Shown piece by piece: positions 20,212-31,446 of a DNA stretch of 64,000 bases. Numbering within the stretch: the stretch's first letter is position 1; each line of letters starts with the position of its first letter. Both the position numbers and the translations under genes were made by a program. This DNA comes from Candidatus Hermodarchaeota archaeon (GTDB taxonomy: Archaea; Asgardarchaeota; Lokiarchaeia; Sigyniarchaeales; SOKP01): positions 50,956-114,955 of the forward strand of contig JBHLLP010000007.1 of NCBI GenBank assembly GCA_048885525.1, in the 5' to 3' direction. Below the pieces are notes generated by a model, which made no database searches, was not told where the DNA came from, and worked only from the letters and a program-made list of their open reading frames with translations.

Positions 20212-20862
20212 CTAATCAATATACTTCTTAATATATTGCTCAACCTTATCTGCTGGTTGATAAATCCCGAAATGACCCTCACAGAGTATATCTGCCTTTA
20301 AATCTAAAAGCTTTTTCAGGGATTTTTGGTAATCCTCGTAATCACTTACACCTGGAATAATTGGACCATGTAAATCCTGACCAAATAAGATTTTTGTATT
20401 ATCTTCAGTTTCTACTAGGATTGAGATAGAACCTGGAGTATGACCTGGTGTGTGAATACATTGAAATTCATAATTTCCGAATTTTAAGATTTCTATGTCC
20501 CTTATCAATCTCCTTGTGAGTTTAATTGGTTTATAGTTTACTCCATACCAAATAGCTGCTGTTTCTTTATCATGACCTCTTTCTTCTATTGCGTTTGCAT
20601 CTAATTCATGAGCATAGTAATTTATTATTTTATTAAGCTGTTTAAGATCATAAGCAGCACCAATGTGATCTATATGAAAATGAGTTATAATACAATGTTT
20701 TATATCCATTGGATTCAAATTAACTTTAGTGATTTTTTTTATCATCTCAAGGCTCATTCCGCAATCAATTAAAACAAGACCTTCTTCACTTTGAGTTTGT
20801 ATTAAATAAACAGAACACCCAGAATCTCCTACATGATATATATCCTTAAAAATTTCTTTCAA
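20212..20862 (-). CDS. Metallo-beta-lactamase-fold hydrolase
   Basis: THFHIDHIG, HTPGHTPG, GQD, EGH. Confidence 0.88.
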   Translation of the reverse strand: MKEIFKDIYHVGDSGCSVYLIQTQSEEGLVLIDCGMSLEMIKKITKVNLNPMDIKHCIITHFHIDHIGAAYDLKQLNKIINYYAHELDANAIEERGHDKETAAIWYGVNYKPIKLTRRLIRDIEILKFGNYEFQCIHTPGHTPGSISILVETEDNTKILFGQDLHGPIIPGVSDYEDYQKSLKKLLDLKADILCEGHFGIYQPADKVEQYIKKYID

Positions 20863-20982
20863 ATTTAGTTCTCCTTATTAATAATAATCAATCATTATGT
20901 TTGATTATTTAAAAAATAATAGTTTTATATCAATATCCAGATTCAAACCAAATTGTTTTTATCAAATCTATAATATATCATT

Positions 20983-22434
20983 TTGATAATAATGGAAGAT
21001 TTTATCGCTTTATCGTTAAAAAAAGCAGAATCGAAGAGTGTAGATTTTGCTGAATGTAGATTCTTTGGATCTGAAACAGAAGAAATTACTGTTAGGAATG
21101 GACAAATCGAGACACTTAAAAGGGCTAAAGACATTGGGTATGGAATCCGTGTATTGAAAAATGGAGCTTGGGGCTTTGCTAGTACTGCCATAATAGATAA
21201 ATCTACTTTAGATGATATCCTTGGAACAGCTATAAAAGAAGCTGAGGCAACTAGTAGAACAATAAAGAAACCAGTTGAATTAACTGAGGAACCAATAATT
21301 AAAGATAAGTATGAAACTCCTTTTAAAATCGATCCTTTTACAGTTGATGTAAAAGATAAAATAGAGATTTTGAAGAAAGCGGATTCTATAATGGCTGAAA
21401 AAGGGGATTCCATTAAAGTAAGAGAGAATACAATGTACTTTGCTAAAATTAATCTCGACTATGGAAATACTGAAGGTACTTTAATATCTGAACAAGAGCT
21501 ATTTTCTGGTGCGGGTTGTTCAGCCACAGCTATTGAAAACGATAACCAGAATCGGAATGTTTTACTATTCGAAATGAGAGGATATGAGTATATTGATATG
21601 TTTGATTTTGAAAAAACTTCAAATCTTGTTGCTTCAGATGCACTTATTCTTGCAACAGAAGCTATTGCTCCTAAACCTCGAAAAACAACCTTTATCTTAG
21701 AACCCTTTCAACTTGGGCTTACTATTCATGAATCCTGTGGTCATCCTTCAGAACTGGACAGGGTTTTGGGATGGGAAGCAGATTTTGCAGGAACTAGCTT
21801 TCTAACTCTAGACAAACTTGGAGCTAATTATCAATACGGTTCAGAGAAAGTAAACTTAGTTTGTGATCCAACAATGCCAAATGTTCTAGGGCATGAAAAA
21901 TACGACCATGAAGGAGTAGAAACTAAAAAATTCTATGTTGTTAAAGAGGGGATCTTCAACGATTATCAATCAGATAGGCAAACGGCTAAAATTATAGGTC
22001 AAGAACATAGTAATGGAAATGCTCGAATTGATGGCTATAATCGAATTCCTCTCGTACGTATGAGTAATTTATATTTAGAACCAGATTTTGAAGGACCTAA
22101 AAACATTGATGAACTTATCGCTGAAACAAAAGAAGGGGTCTATGGGATTCATTGGAAATCGCATAGTATTGATGATAAAAGATTAAATTTTCAATTTGCT
22201 GTTCAAATTGCCTACGAAATCAAAAATGGAGAACTTAGTAGACCTTTGAAAAATACCATCTATCAAGCAGCTACTCCCGAGTTCTGGGGAGGATTAGACA
22301 TGATGACCAAAGATTGGAAAATTGAGGGACATGGTCCCATTTGTGGTAAAGGGGCACCTCATATGCAATCTATTTGGATTTCGCATGGTGGACCCTGGTC
22401 AAGATTTCAAGGTGTAAACATTTTTAGTGGATAA
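20983..22434 (+). CDS. tldD: TldD metalloprotease subunit
   Basis: GIRVLKNGAWGFAS, HESCGHPSELD (HExxGH), RMSN, CGKG. Confidence 0.9.
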   Translation: MIIMEDFIALSLKKAESKSVDFAECRFFGSETEEITVRNGQIETLKRAKDIGYGIRVLKNGAWGFASTAIIDKSTLDDILGTAIKEAEATSRTIKKPVELTEEPIIKDKYETPFKIDPFTVDVKDKIEILKKADSIMAEKGDSIKVRENTMYFAKINLDYGNTEGTLISEQELFSGAGCSATAIENDNQNRNVLLFEMRGYEYIDMFDFEKTSNLVASDALILATEAIAPKPRKTTFILEPFQLGLTIHESCGHPSELDRVLGWEADFAGTSFLTLDKLGANYQYGSEKVNLVCDPTMPNVLGHEKYDHEGVETKKFYVVKEGIFNDYQSDRQTAKIIGQEHSNGNARIDGYNRIPLVRMSNLYLEPDFEGPKNIDELIAETKEGVYGIHWKSHSIDDKRLNFQFAVQIAYEIKNGELSRPLKNTIYQAATPEFWGGLDMMTKDWKIEGHGPICGKGAPHMQSIWISHGGPWSRFQGVNIFSG

Positions 22435-22437
22435 GAG

Positions 22438-23823
22438 GTGGAAAAAATGAATTTAGATAACCAAAAAGAACTGATTATAGAACTTTCAGAACTATCATTA
22501 AAACGAGCACAAGATTCTGGATGTGAAGCGTTTATAAATGCTTCTATAGCAAAGGAATATGTCACCCGGTTTTCCAATTCAGAAATATTACAAAATTATA
22601 CAGATTTAAATAGAAACATTGCTATTACTGTTATTTATAAAGATAAGCAAAGAACCAATTCAATTACAAATGATTTAACAAAGAAAAGTATCATCAACCT
22701 TGTAGATTTTCTTGCAACAACAGCAAAATTGGTTCCTCCTGATCCGCAGTACCCCGGACTTATTAAACAGAAACAACAATACCCCAGATTACTTCTTAAC
22801 GATCCTAAAGTTTCAAATGTAGAACCCGATCATATTGTTGATAAAATAGAAGAAGCTATTGTTGCAGGGGAAGCTGTTGATAAACGAATTGAAGGAGTTT
22901 CAGGTAACTTATTACTTTCTGATGGTTTTAATTATTATGTATCTTCGATAGGTCAAGATTTGATGTACCCTAATACGAAAATAACCTCAAAGATTAATAT
23001 AAAAGCCTTAGAACATGGTGAAGAAAGTCGTTCTAATAGTACATTTGGATCTAGAATATTTTCAAAACTTGGAATGGAACGAGAAGCAAAAGAAACAGCA
23101 GAAAGAGCTATTCAGAGTTTAGGAGCTAAAGCAATTGAACCCGACGAATATGAAGTGATCTTAGATCATCAAGCCGTTAATGAACTTCTTTTCTATATTA
23201 ATTATGCTACTTCCTCAAGATTAATAATAGATAAACATAGTTTCTTAACTGATAAACTAGAACAGCAAGTTTTTAATGAAAAATTTACATTAACTAATGA
23301 TCCTCATAATCCTGAACATCTAGATTCCAGACCAATAGATGACGAAGGTTTAGCTACTCAACCTTTCCCCATTGTAGAAAATGGAATTTTGAAAAATTAT
23401 TCATGCTCTCGTATAGATGCCGCACGATTAGGAACAAAAGCATTAGGAACTTGTTATACGATTTTAGGGACAACTTTAGGTTTTCCATTTGCTGAAACAA
23501 TGAAACCCGGCACATACAGTAAAGAAGAAATGATTTCAGAAACAAAAAATGGTTTACTGATAACTAATTTTCATTATATTAATTTTGTTAATCCACCTAC
23601 GGGATCAATTACCGGGATGACCAAAGACGGATTACTCATCATCAAGAATGGAGAAATCATAGGATCAGCTAAAAATATGAGGTTTACTGATGAAATTCCA
23701 AGATTTCTTAAAGAAATAGAAATTGGAAAAGAACTTAGACAACATATTAAGTTTGCTTATGACACTAAAAGCATAGTAGCGCCAATAAAAGTTAAAAACT
23801 TTAGATTCACTAGCAAAACTTAA
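22438..23823 (+). CDS. tldE: TldE/PmbA non-catalytic subunit
   Basis: TRFSNSEI, DDEG, ENGILKNY, TGMTKDG; lacks HExxGH; follows tldD. Confidence 0.85.
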   Translation: MEKMNLDNQKELIIELSELSLKRAQDSGCEAFINASIAKEYVTRFSNSEILQNYTDLNRNIAITVIYKDKQRTNSITNDLTKKSIINLVDFLATTAKLVPPDPQYPGLIKQKQQYPRLLLNDPKVSNVEPDHIVDKIEEAIVAGEAVDKRIEGVSGNLLLSDGFNYYVSSIGQDLMYPNTKITSKINIKALEHGEESRSNSTFGSRIFSKLGMEREAKETAERAIQSLGAKAIEPDEYEVILDHQAVNELLFYINYATSSRLIIDKHSFLTDKLEQQVFNEKFTLTNDPHNPEHLDSRPIDDEGLATQPFPIVENGILKNYSCSRIDAARLGTKALGTCYTILGTTLGFPFAETMKPGTYSKEEMISETKNGLLITNFHYINFVNPPTGSITGMTKDGLLIIKNGEIIGSAKNMRFTDEIPRFLKEIEIGKELRQHIKFAYDTKSIVAPIKVKNFRFTSKT

Positions 23824-23881
23824 TTTTTTTTATTGAGAACTACTTCGATTTTTTTCTTTTTTTTTTACGTTTTTAGTAATA

Positions 23882-24673
23882 TCATGATGTCTTGACATAA
23901 AGCCTTTTATAAAGCAGAATTGTAATAATTGTTGCCATGATAGATGAAAACAAGACGTCTGAAGAGTAGTGTGCTCCAACAACTATACGAGACAGTCCTA
24001 CAAAAAGACCCCATCCAATTATAAGTGTCGTTCCTACAATTCTAATTATGCTTTTCCATTGCCATTTCCTTAATGTTATTAATAAAGGTAGGAACATCCA
24101 TCCCATAGCTGTATGCCCTGAGGGAAAACTCTGATTTCCTGTTATCCCTTGTGGGATAAACCATGGAGTAAAATCAATGAAGCCAGGAGAGAGATCTCTA
24201 AATCTAATGCGTCCCCAAAATAATTTTATAAGTTGAACAAATATTAGAGGATTTAACACTGCTAGGATTATAATAACCGCAGAGATCTTCCTATAATTCT
24301 GCCATTCTTTATTAAACGTGAAAATGAGAAATATGGTTACGCAAATAGATATAATTCCTCCATCAAGAATTAAATCTTGTTCATCAAAAGCAAATCCCAG
24401 AATAAATAGGAGAAACCCAATAGCTATTATAACATATGCGGGAATTTTTTGCTTCTTTATATTCTTATTATAACTTCCTATTAGAGTAGATATAGCAATA
24501 CCTATTAAACCATATCCTGGCGCCTCTCCATAATCAGCTCCAAAAATACCCCAATTGGAATTCTCATCAACCACAGCAATTGATATATTAAGATCATAAA
24601 ATCCAAAAAGGACAGCTAAAATAATCCAAACAACAATAACAAAAATTAATAGTTTATTAATTGGTTTTAACAT
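23882..24673 (-). CDS. PAP2-family membrane phosphatase
   Basis: KLFWGRIRF, SFPSGH, SRIVVGAHYSSD. Confidence 0.88.
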   Translation of the reverse strand: MLKPINKLLIFVIVVWIILAVLFGFYDLNISIAVVDENSNWGIFGADYGEAPGYGLIGIAISTLIGSYNKNIKKQKIPAYVIIAIGFLLFILGFAFDEQDLILDGGIISICVTIFLIFTFNKEWQNYRKISAVIIILAVLNPLIFVQLIKLFWGRIRFRDLSPGFIDFTPWFIPQGITGNQSFPSGHTAMGWMFLPLLITLRKWQWKSIIRIVGTTLIIGWGLFVGLSRIVVGAHYSSDVLFSSIMATIITILLYKRLYVKTS

Positions 24674-24732
24674 AGGTCAAATCTATTTTTTTGATATATA
24701 GCAATATCTTTTATTTTTTGTATATATATAAT

Positions 24733-25461
24733 TTATCCTTTAATACGATCCCTTAGATTAATAAGAATATCTGGATAGTCAGTATAAATCGCATGAACAC
24801 CTTCATTTCTATATTTAAGATTTAAAACCTTTTTCATACGTGATATAGAATTAACTCCCCAAACATAACATTTAAAACCATTATCAATAATTTCTTTAAA
24901 GTTAATAAAAGTTAACCTCAAAAACATTAAGTTAATTGCATAGACTTCTGCTTCTTTTAAGAATTCAAAGTTAACAGTTTTATTATTCACTTCTGAAATT
25001 GTTTCAGATAGTGTATGATCAATTCTTAATTTTCTATTGTATTTTCTTAAATATAAAATATTGTTTAACTGACGCTCCGTTATTTCGATCTTATCAAGTA
25101 GATTAAAATTCTTTGCTATCTCAATGAGTCTTAATCCTACAAATTTATCTCGAATATCAAAACTATATCTCAATGAATGATTCTGATTATGAAAAGTTTT
25201 AAATAAATCTTGAACAGTTGGGATTTCTCGATTATCTGTAAACCTAATAAGTTCTTTCAGTGTTATTTCTTTTAGATTATATTTTTTTGAATTTGCTTCA
25301 ATATAATAATCATGAAAGCAAACTAATTTCTTATCTTTAGTCTCTTGTATATCTGATTCAATTCCCGCACCCATTCTTACTGCTTTTTGGAAAGAAGGAA
25401 TTGTATTTTCAATTTCATATCCTGATGCTCCTCGGTGACCAAAGATATAAGGTTTAGACAT
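24733..25461 (-). CDS. Glycerophosphodiester phosphodiesterase
   Basis: GHRGAS..ENT, IESDIQETKD..CFHD, IYTDYP. Confidence 0.88.
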   Translation of the reverse strand: MSKPYIFGHRGASGYEIENTIPSFQKAVRMGAGIESDIQETKDKKLVCFHDYYIEANSKKYNLKEITLKELIRFTDNREIPTVQDLFKTFHNQNHSLRYSFDIRDKFVGLRLIEIAKNFNLLDKIEITERQLNNILYLRKYNRKLRIDHTLSETISEVNNKTVNFEFLKEAEVYAINLMFLRLTFINFKEIIDNGFKCYVWGVNSISRMKKVLNLKYRNEGVHAIYTDYPDILINLRDRIKG

Positions 25462-25541
25462 AAGAAAAGTTGAAAATAATAGTTTTTATAGAAATCTAAA
25501 TTACATTTATTACTTAAAATTTACCTTATATTTGTATTGTT

Positions 25542-26366
25542 ATGGCATATAATAATAATAATGAAAAAACAGACAAATCTAAATCATTTTCAGTTAAATT
25601 AAAAAAATATTTCAAAAATCTAATTGATTTCTCTCAAATCGATAAAAAAACAATTCTATATATTATAGTATTTATTATTTTAGTAATTTTTTCGTTATTC
25701 TTGCTATATTATAATTATTTTGTTGATAGAACCTTTATTTATACTATTGTTGCTGAATGGTTTGTAAATCCGATTTGGAAATTAGGATATATTGGTATCC
25801 TTCTATTTATTGGAATAATGGCAGTTCAAGGGCTTATAGTACCCATCCCCTCAGAAATAGTACTATTAGCAACAGGGATGATTTGGGGATGGGTTTTAGG
25901 AGGCTTTTTAGGTGTTATAGGTTCTATGGCAGCAGCATTATTATGTTTTTATGTGAGTAGAAAAGGAGGAAGACCCTTAGCTAAAAAATTTGTTGGAGAA
26001 AACGCTATTGATATGGCTGATGATTTAATTCAAAAATATGGTATTAAGGTAATTATTCTTTCAAGATTTATTCCTTTTATTTCCTTTGATGTTATTTCAT
26101 ATGCATCTGGTCTAGTTGACATAGACATAAAAAAATATTCAATAGGAACATTGATTGGAAGTATTTTTCGAGCTTTCTTTTATTCTATTTGGGGAGCTCT
26201 CTTAGGATTTACTCCCCCCATTGATACGACAGACGTGGCGTTAATCGAATCTCAAGCTAATGTGTTTAATGTGATATTATTAGTAGTATTAGCCGTTTTA
26301 ATAGGAATGTTCCTAGCTTATTACTTTATAGCGAAATTTTATGAGAAGAAAAAACAAGCTCAGTAA
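25542..26366 (+). CDS. DedA/TVP38 (VTT, SNARE-associated) membrane protein
   Basis: PIPSEIV, SRFIPFISFDVISYASG. Confidence 0.88.
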   Translation: MAYNNNNEKTDKSKSFSVKLKKYFKNLIDFSQIDKKTILYIIVFIILVIFSLFLLYYNYFVDRTFIYTIVAEWFVNPIWKLGYIGILLFIGIMAVQGLIVPIPSEIVLLATGMIWGWVLGGFLGVIGSMAAALLCFYVSRKGGRPLAKKFVGENAIDMADDLIQKYGIKVIILSRFIPFISFDVISYASGLVDIDIKKYSIGTLIGSIFRAFFYSIWGALLGFTPPIDTTDVALIESQANVFNVILLVVLAVLIGMFLAYYFIAKFYEKKKQAQ

Positions 26367-26432
26367 GGATATTATTGAATATTATTGGGATATTATTTCT
26401 TTTTTTATATCTTCCTTTAAATAAATTACCAC

Positions 26433-26606
26433 ATGAATAAAAAGGAAAAACCATCTCAAGAAATAGGATTTAAAGATTTTAACGAATTGAATTTAAATGA
26501 ATTCTTTAAAGCGCTCAATAAAGCAATAAGTACTAACAATTTACAATCAATTTATGAACTATCTAAAATCTTTACTAGATATTGCTTCAAAAACTTAGAT
26601 AATTAA
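26433..26606 (+). CDS. Unannotated 57-aa hypothetical microprotein
   Basis: ATG..TAA ORF MNKKEKPSQEIGFKDF...RYCFKNLDN, below the ORF-track length cutoff. Confidence 0.4.
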   Translation: MNKKEKPSQEIGFKDFNELNLNEFFKALNKAISTNNLQSIYELSKIFTRYCFKNLDN

Positions 26607-26865
26607 AAATATCAGTTTGAAAATGTAAATTGTTAAATTGTTAAATTCTTTGATTGAAATCTACTAAATGAATTTCACCATCGTAATGTGAATAATTTGA
26701 CATGAAATTCAATATTTCCACTAAGAATGAATGAGTTTCTTTCAATTTTCTTGTAATAGAATGAAGAACGATAGTGTACGACAATTTGAACGATGTGAAC
26801 AAAACATAGGTTTATAAATTAGAAGAAGAATAAATTAAACAAATCTACTTAGTGGAGAGAATTTT

Positions 26866-27870
26866 ATGAGAAAATTTATAAAGATTATTCTTGTCTTTCT
26901 CATACCAATAATCCTAATTGGTGGAGGAATAGGATCTTTATATATCATAGGTTTTTTAACTTATGCAGTAATTGAAGAATCTTATACATTTTATTATAAT
27001 CCAATAATAATTAATGAACCTGAGAAACTTATAATATCTGTCCCAGGAAAAATAAATATTAAATGTAATACAACCACAGTTCCCTATTACATAAAAGCAG
27101 ATGTTTATACTAAAGCTGAAGGGATATATTTGAGATATTGGGATTATAATTATATTGATACGCAATGGTACAATTCCTCTTCAGACTCAATAAGATTATA
27201 TGTTTACTACAGTTTACCGACACTTGGACCTGGCTACCATCCCACCCACACAGTCAAATATGATGATGCTATTATTAATATTACTCTTAGGACAGACATT
27301 TTGTATGATTTACAACTATTTGGTAAAGAAGTAGATATTTCTGGAAACTTATCAATAAATAAATTAAGTTTTGAAGGAAAATTAAAATCAAAGGAGGCAA
27401 ATATTAGTAAAATAGAAGTTCAAGAATTCGGAGCGGGAAGTTTAACATTAGAACTAATTAATTGCAATATCAATGAACATATACATATTCAAACTACTTC
27501 AGCTAATATTAATCTTATATCGAATAATACTCTATGTAGTAAAAATGTTGAATGGGTTCTAGCTTCACAAGATGGTTCCATTGATATTAAAATTTACCAA
27601 AGTGAAGACTTAGGAGCAAATGTATCTGGTGCTTTTTCAACAACCTTTGGAAATATTAATATTGAATATGCTGATAGTTTATCACAGGTTGGGGCGTTAT
27701 TCTCCACGACAGGTTCTGGTAGTTCTTTTCTAACCACAATTTTAGGTGGATTTGAGAGGATAGGGCTCAATATATTCCATTCTACAGATTATAATACTGC
27801 CCTTAACATCTTCACGTTCGCTCTGACTACAATTACAGGCATATTAGAAGTTGAGGGTCTAAGTGGTTAG
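26866..27870 (+). CDS. Membrane-anchored beta-rich extracellular protein (adhesin/DUF4097-like)
   Basis: Single N-terminal TM segment; repeated TTxGNINI-like strands; TATA-like TTTATAAA near 26811. Confidence 0.65.
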   Translation: MRKFIKIILVFLIPIILIGGGIGSLYIIGFLTYAVIEESYTFYYNPIIINEPEKLIISVPGKINIKCNTTTVPYYIKADVYTKAEGIYLRYWDYNYIDTQWYNSSSDSIRLYVYYSLPTLGPGYHPTHTVKYDDAIINITLRTDILYDLQLFGKEVDISGNLSINKLSFEGKLKSKEANISKIEVQEFGAGSLTLELINCNINEHIHIQTTSANINLISNNTLCSKNVEWVLASQDGSIDIKIYQSEDLGANVSGAFSTTFGNINIEYADSLSQVGALFSTTGSGSSFLTTILGGFERIGLNIFHSTDYNTALNIFTFALTTITGILEVEGLSG

Positions 27871-28090
27871 AGATATTTATCAAAGACTAAAATCCCTTTA
27901 TTGATTGTTTATAAACTGTCCAAATTTGTTTACATATTTTAATTTTTTTTTATACACAAAAATCATTTTGTCCGTATCGATAGTATAAAAGATTTTCGTT
28001 TTGAGCAATTTTATTAATTGGAATTTTCATTAGAAAATTAAGTAAAAGTAATTAGCAAAAATTATTAAGATTTGGAATTTAGGAGGTTAT

Positions 28091-28357
28091 ATGATGACAA
28101 TTAGCGGCCAAGATTATGATAGGATTCTACAGGATAACTTAAAAGATGAGCTTGAATGGTTATTAGATGAATTCGAAGCACTCTTTAAAAGTAAGAAAGA
28201 TAAATATTCACAAGAAGATATAAAGATTGGACACAAAATTTTAGATCAGATTATCGATGGGATTAAGGCAAATAAGAGTGAAGAGCTGCTCAATCTACTG
28301 GCAATTACTCTCAATAAGATTGAATCGACTTATCCAGAGTTTTTTTCAAACTCTTAA
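28091..28357 (+). CDS. Small helical hypothetical protein
   Basis: 88 aa; strong SD AGGAGGT upstream. Confidence 0.75.
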   Translation: MMTISGQDYDRILQDNLKDELEWLLDEFEALFKSKKDKYSQEDIKIGHKILDQIIDGIKANKSEELLNLLAITLNKIESTYPEFFSNS

Positions 28358-28556
28358 CAATTTATTGTAAGTTTCTTTTTCTAATTTAGTGATTTCAGCT
28401 ACAATTTTAATTATGGCTCTCTCTATTCAATTTATAATACATAAATATAATTATTCGTTTAGGTGTTCTTTTCTTAAAAAAAAATAAATTATTATAAAAC
28501 AAAAACCATCATCAAAAAAGAGAAATTAAATAAAAAAGCATAATTAAATTTTAATT

Positions 28557-29642
28557 ATGGAAAGAATCATTTTAGTTCATTGGAATTTACAGACTGGCCC
28601 AATTCCGCTTATCCAGTACCCCCCAGAGAAACTTTTTCCTCCAAAAGAATTATTTATGAAAATCTGGGCTCAACATGAGCTAAATAAAGAAGATTCTGTA
28701 ATTGAATTTACTCATGAGGCTGAAGATAATAATTATGTTTCAATAATGCAGAAATTTGAGGGAGAGATCTATTTTTTCATTATAGTCTATAGCCAAAAAG
28801 ATACTCATGAAGATATCATAAAAGAGTCACCAGAAATCTTAGGACTCATTAGCAAGAATTTAATTGAACTAATAAATACGAATAAAATTACACGAGCATT
28901 ATCTGAGGCATATAATACAATACAAAACTATTCTAAATTGGATGAAGAAGAAAACCTCATTAATTTCTTTCAAGATAGAATTAAAAATACTATTTTACAT
29001 ATTCTTAGACATGGAGTAATCTCTAAGTCAAGACTTATAAATATATTAAAACACGAACATGGGTTCTCCACAGTAAATATTGATTTAATACTTATATCGT
29101 TCCTTCATGAAAATTTAATAGTAAAAAAGAATGTACCTGGAAGTAAAGAGTGTTATTTTCTAATAAAAGATCTTTCATGCACTAGAATTCCTCCAAAAAG
29201 TCTACCAACAGAAGAAATGGAAGAAAGTTCCTTGAAAAAGTACAGAGATTCTTTAAAAAATTTTTATTTTGATTCCTATCACGTCTCAGAGTTTGAAAAT
29301 AAAACATTAATTCAGACAGTTCTTTTCAATAAAGATGTATTTTTTCTTTTAAAAACTCTGAGAGAAAAGTGCTTGAGTGTTAATGATTGCCTAAATATAA
29401 TAAATAATAAACAAGAACTGTTTAATGAGCTCTTGGATAAAAAATTTATTTATGAAGCAAGGGGATTTGTTTATCTTTTTTCTGATGTTCGTTTTATTAA
29501 GTTTAGTCCATCGTATATTATCGAAAAATTAGTAGAAAGATATAAAAATCAAGAAATTTCTTTAAATGAATATATAGCACATTTAGAGTTGTTATCAAAG
29601 CAGATAGAGGAACCGATAAAAAGTACTTATGAAATAGTATGA
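28557..29642 (+). CDS. Longin/uDENN-like N-terminal domain protein with winged-helix-like region
   Basis: ILVHWNLQTGP..LIQYP is typical of uDENN/longin N-termini (fold inferred). Confidence 0.6.
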   Translation: MERIILVHWNLQTGPIPLIQYPPEKLFPPKELFMKIWAQHELNKEDSVIEFTHEAEDNNYVSIMQKFEGEIYFFIIVYSQKDTHEDIIKESPEILGLISKNLIELINTNKITRALSEAYNTIQNYSKLDEEENLINFFQDRIKNTILHILRHGVISKSRLINILKHEHGFSTVNIDLILISFLHENLIVKKNVPGSKECYFLIKDLSCTRIPPKSLPTEEMEESSLKKYRDSLKNFYFDSYHVSEFENKTLIQTVLFNKDVFFLLKTLREKCLSVNDCLNIINNKQELFNELLDKKFIYEARGFVYLFSDVRFIKFSPSYIIEKLVERYKNQEISLNEYIAHLELLSKQIEEPIKSTYEIV

Positions 29643-29765
29643 CTAACCTGATTTCTTAATTATTTTCTTCATATAGATCTTGAGAAAATAAAATTATATA
29701 TAATAAATCATCTAATTTTATACCATTTAATACCTTATATATTTTAAAAAAAAGCGTGATTATAT

Positions 29766-30524
29766 ATGGAACTTGAATTAGTAGATTATTTGCAAGGTTC
29801 ATTTTCTCTAGTCTTTGTAATTATTTCTCTTATAATAGGAATCACAATCTTAACTAAATATCCTAAATTCAAAAATAGATTGTATATATTAGTAGGAATA
29901 TCTTGGATTGGTGTAGCAAATCCTTGGATGCCAGATTCAATCTCATTTCTAATGAATCTTATTATTCAACAATCCTTAGATATAGGATGGTATTTTATAA
30001 TAGGAAATTGTTTTATACCTATTGCTCTTATCGCTTGGCTGACAGCTTTTACTGACATGATATATAGGGATGCACAGAAAAAAATTTTGATAGTTACTAT
30101 TATCCTTTCGATTATTTTCGAAATAATATTTTTCACTTTATTCTTTATAGATATAGATTTAATTGGAGTTATTAATCTTAGTAGGCCTTTTACAGTAGAA
30201 TTTGATCTATTTATTACCATTTATTTATTACTCGTCATCTTAGTTATGGTAGTTACTGGCGTTATTTTTGCTCAAAAATCAGTTAAGTTAGAAGATCGAG
30301 AAGTTAGATTGAAAGGAAAACTACTCCGAGCAGCATTTATTACATTTACTGTTGCTGCTATATTGGATTCCTTATTAGGATCGATTTTTGAAGATCCTAC
30401 CGATCCAATATTATCACTATTGGTTGTAGCTGTCCGTATTTTACTAATATTTAGTGCTTTAGAATTTTACGGTGGGTTTCTGTTACCAAAATGGATGAAA
30501 GAAATTTTTTTGAAAAAGGAATAA
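29766..30524 (+). CDS. Seven-transmembrane protein
   Basis: About 7 hydrophobic helices; C-terminal GFLLPKWMK. Confidence 0.75.
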   Translation: MELELVDYLQGSFSLVFVIISLIIGITILTKYPKFKNRLYILVGISWIGVANPWMPDSISFLMNLIIQQSLDIGWYFIIGNCFIPIALIAWLTAFTDMIYRDAQKKILIVTIILSIIFEIIFFTLFFIDIDLIGVINLSRPFTVEFDLFITIYLLLVILVMVVTGVIFAQKSVKLEDREVRLKGKLLRAAFITFTVAAILDSLLGSIFEDPTDPILSLLVVAVRILLIFSALEFYGGFLLPKWMKEIFLKKE

Positions 30525-30560
30525 ATTTTTTTTCTTTTTTTTAGTAATTCATTACCATAG

Positions 30561-31253
30561 TTAGGGATTTAAGCTCGAGGGATCTGCAATCTTTTTGTCA
30601 ATAGGAGCTTCACCATCCCCATATATATGATATAATCCGATTCTTCTTGCTATCTCATAAAAACTGCGATAAATATCTTTCTCTTTGTCTAATAATGCAC
30701 AAGTTTTATAGATTAAAGGATTCCATATATATAAATCATGTCCAGGTTCATACCACAAATCTTCTTGTTTTAGTATTTGGATAAAATCATTCTCGTCAAT
30801 TACATTTTTAAGATCTTGTTTATTTAGCATAACTATAATCGGGATTTCTTTAATGAGCTTATCGTTTGTTATTTTTTTTAATTCTAATAGGAATTCAATA
30901 TTATCTTCAAAAAATTTTATTTGAGAATCAACTACAAAAATAACTGCATCTGTTTCGGCATCAAGTTTACCAAACACTTTAATACGCAACGGAGCGAATG
31001 CCTTTTGCCCTGCAACTGTATATACTCTATAAAATACTGTCGTCTTCTTCTTTGATTGAAAAAGCCCTCTATCAAAATAAAGCGTGGCACCGCTTGCTCT
31101 ATCAATTTTTTGTAGTTCATGTACCGGCATAATTTCTCTTTTGCCCTCTTTTGTTAGTTGGTAGAGAGTTTCCAATATAGTAGTTTTTCCTGATTTTGCC
31201 ATACCATAATACACAATTTTCAGATAAATATTTCCATCTTTATATTGAACCAT
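30561..31253 (-). CDS. MglA-like small GTPase
   Basis: KIVYYG-MAKSGKT (G1), ATLYFD (G2), YTVAGQ (MglA-type G3), VFVVDS-like, NKQD (G4), TCAL (G5). Confidence 0.88.
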   Translation of the reverse strand: MVQYKDGNIYLKIVYYGMAKSGKTTILETLYQLTKEGKREIMPVHELQKIDRASGATLYFDRGLFQSKKKTTVFYRVYTVAGQKAFAPLRIKVFGKLDAETDAVIFVVDSQIKFFEDNIEFLLELKKITNDKLIKEIPIIVMLNKQDLKNVIDENDFIQILKQEDLWYEPGHDLYIWNPLIYKTCALLDKEKDIYRSFYEIARRIGLYHIYGDGEAPIDKKIADPSSLNP

Positions 31254-31446
31254 AGAAGTATCTCCAGAGTATGAATGAAATTCTTTTTCAAATAAATATG
31301 ATTAATATAAAATAAAATAATTTTCAGAATTAAAGATATTGCATCTAAAAAATTATTTTTAAGAATACAATCATTTTTTTACAATGAATAATGATTCTCT
31401 CTTAGGAAAAGAAGTTCAGTAATAAAACGCTAAAAAACAAGAAATC

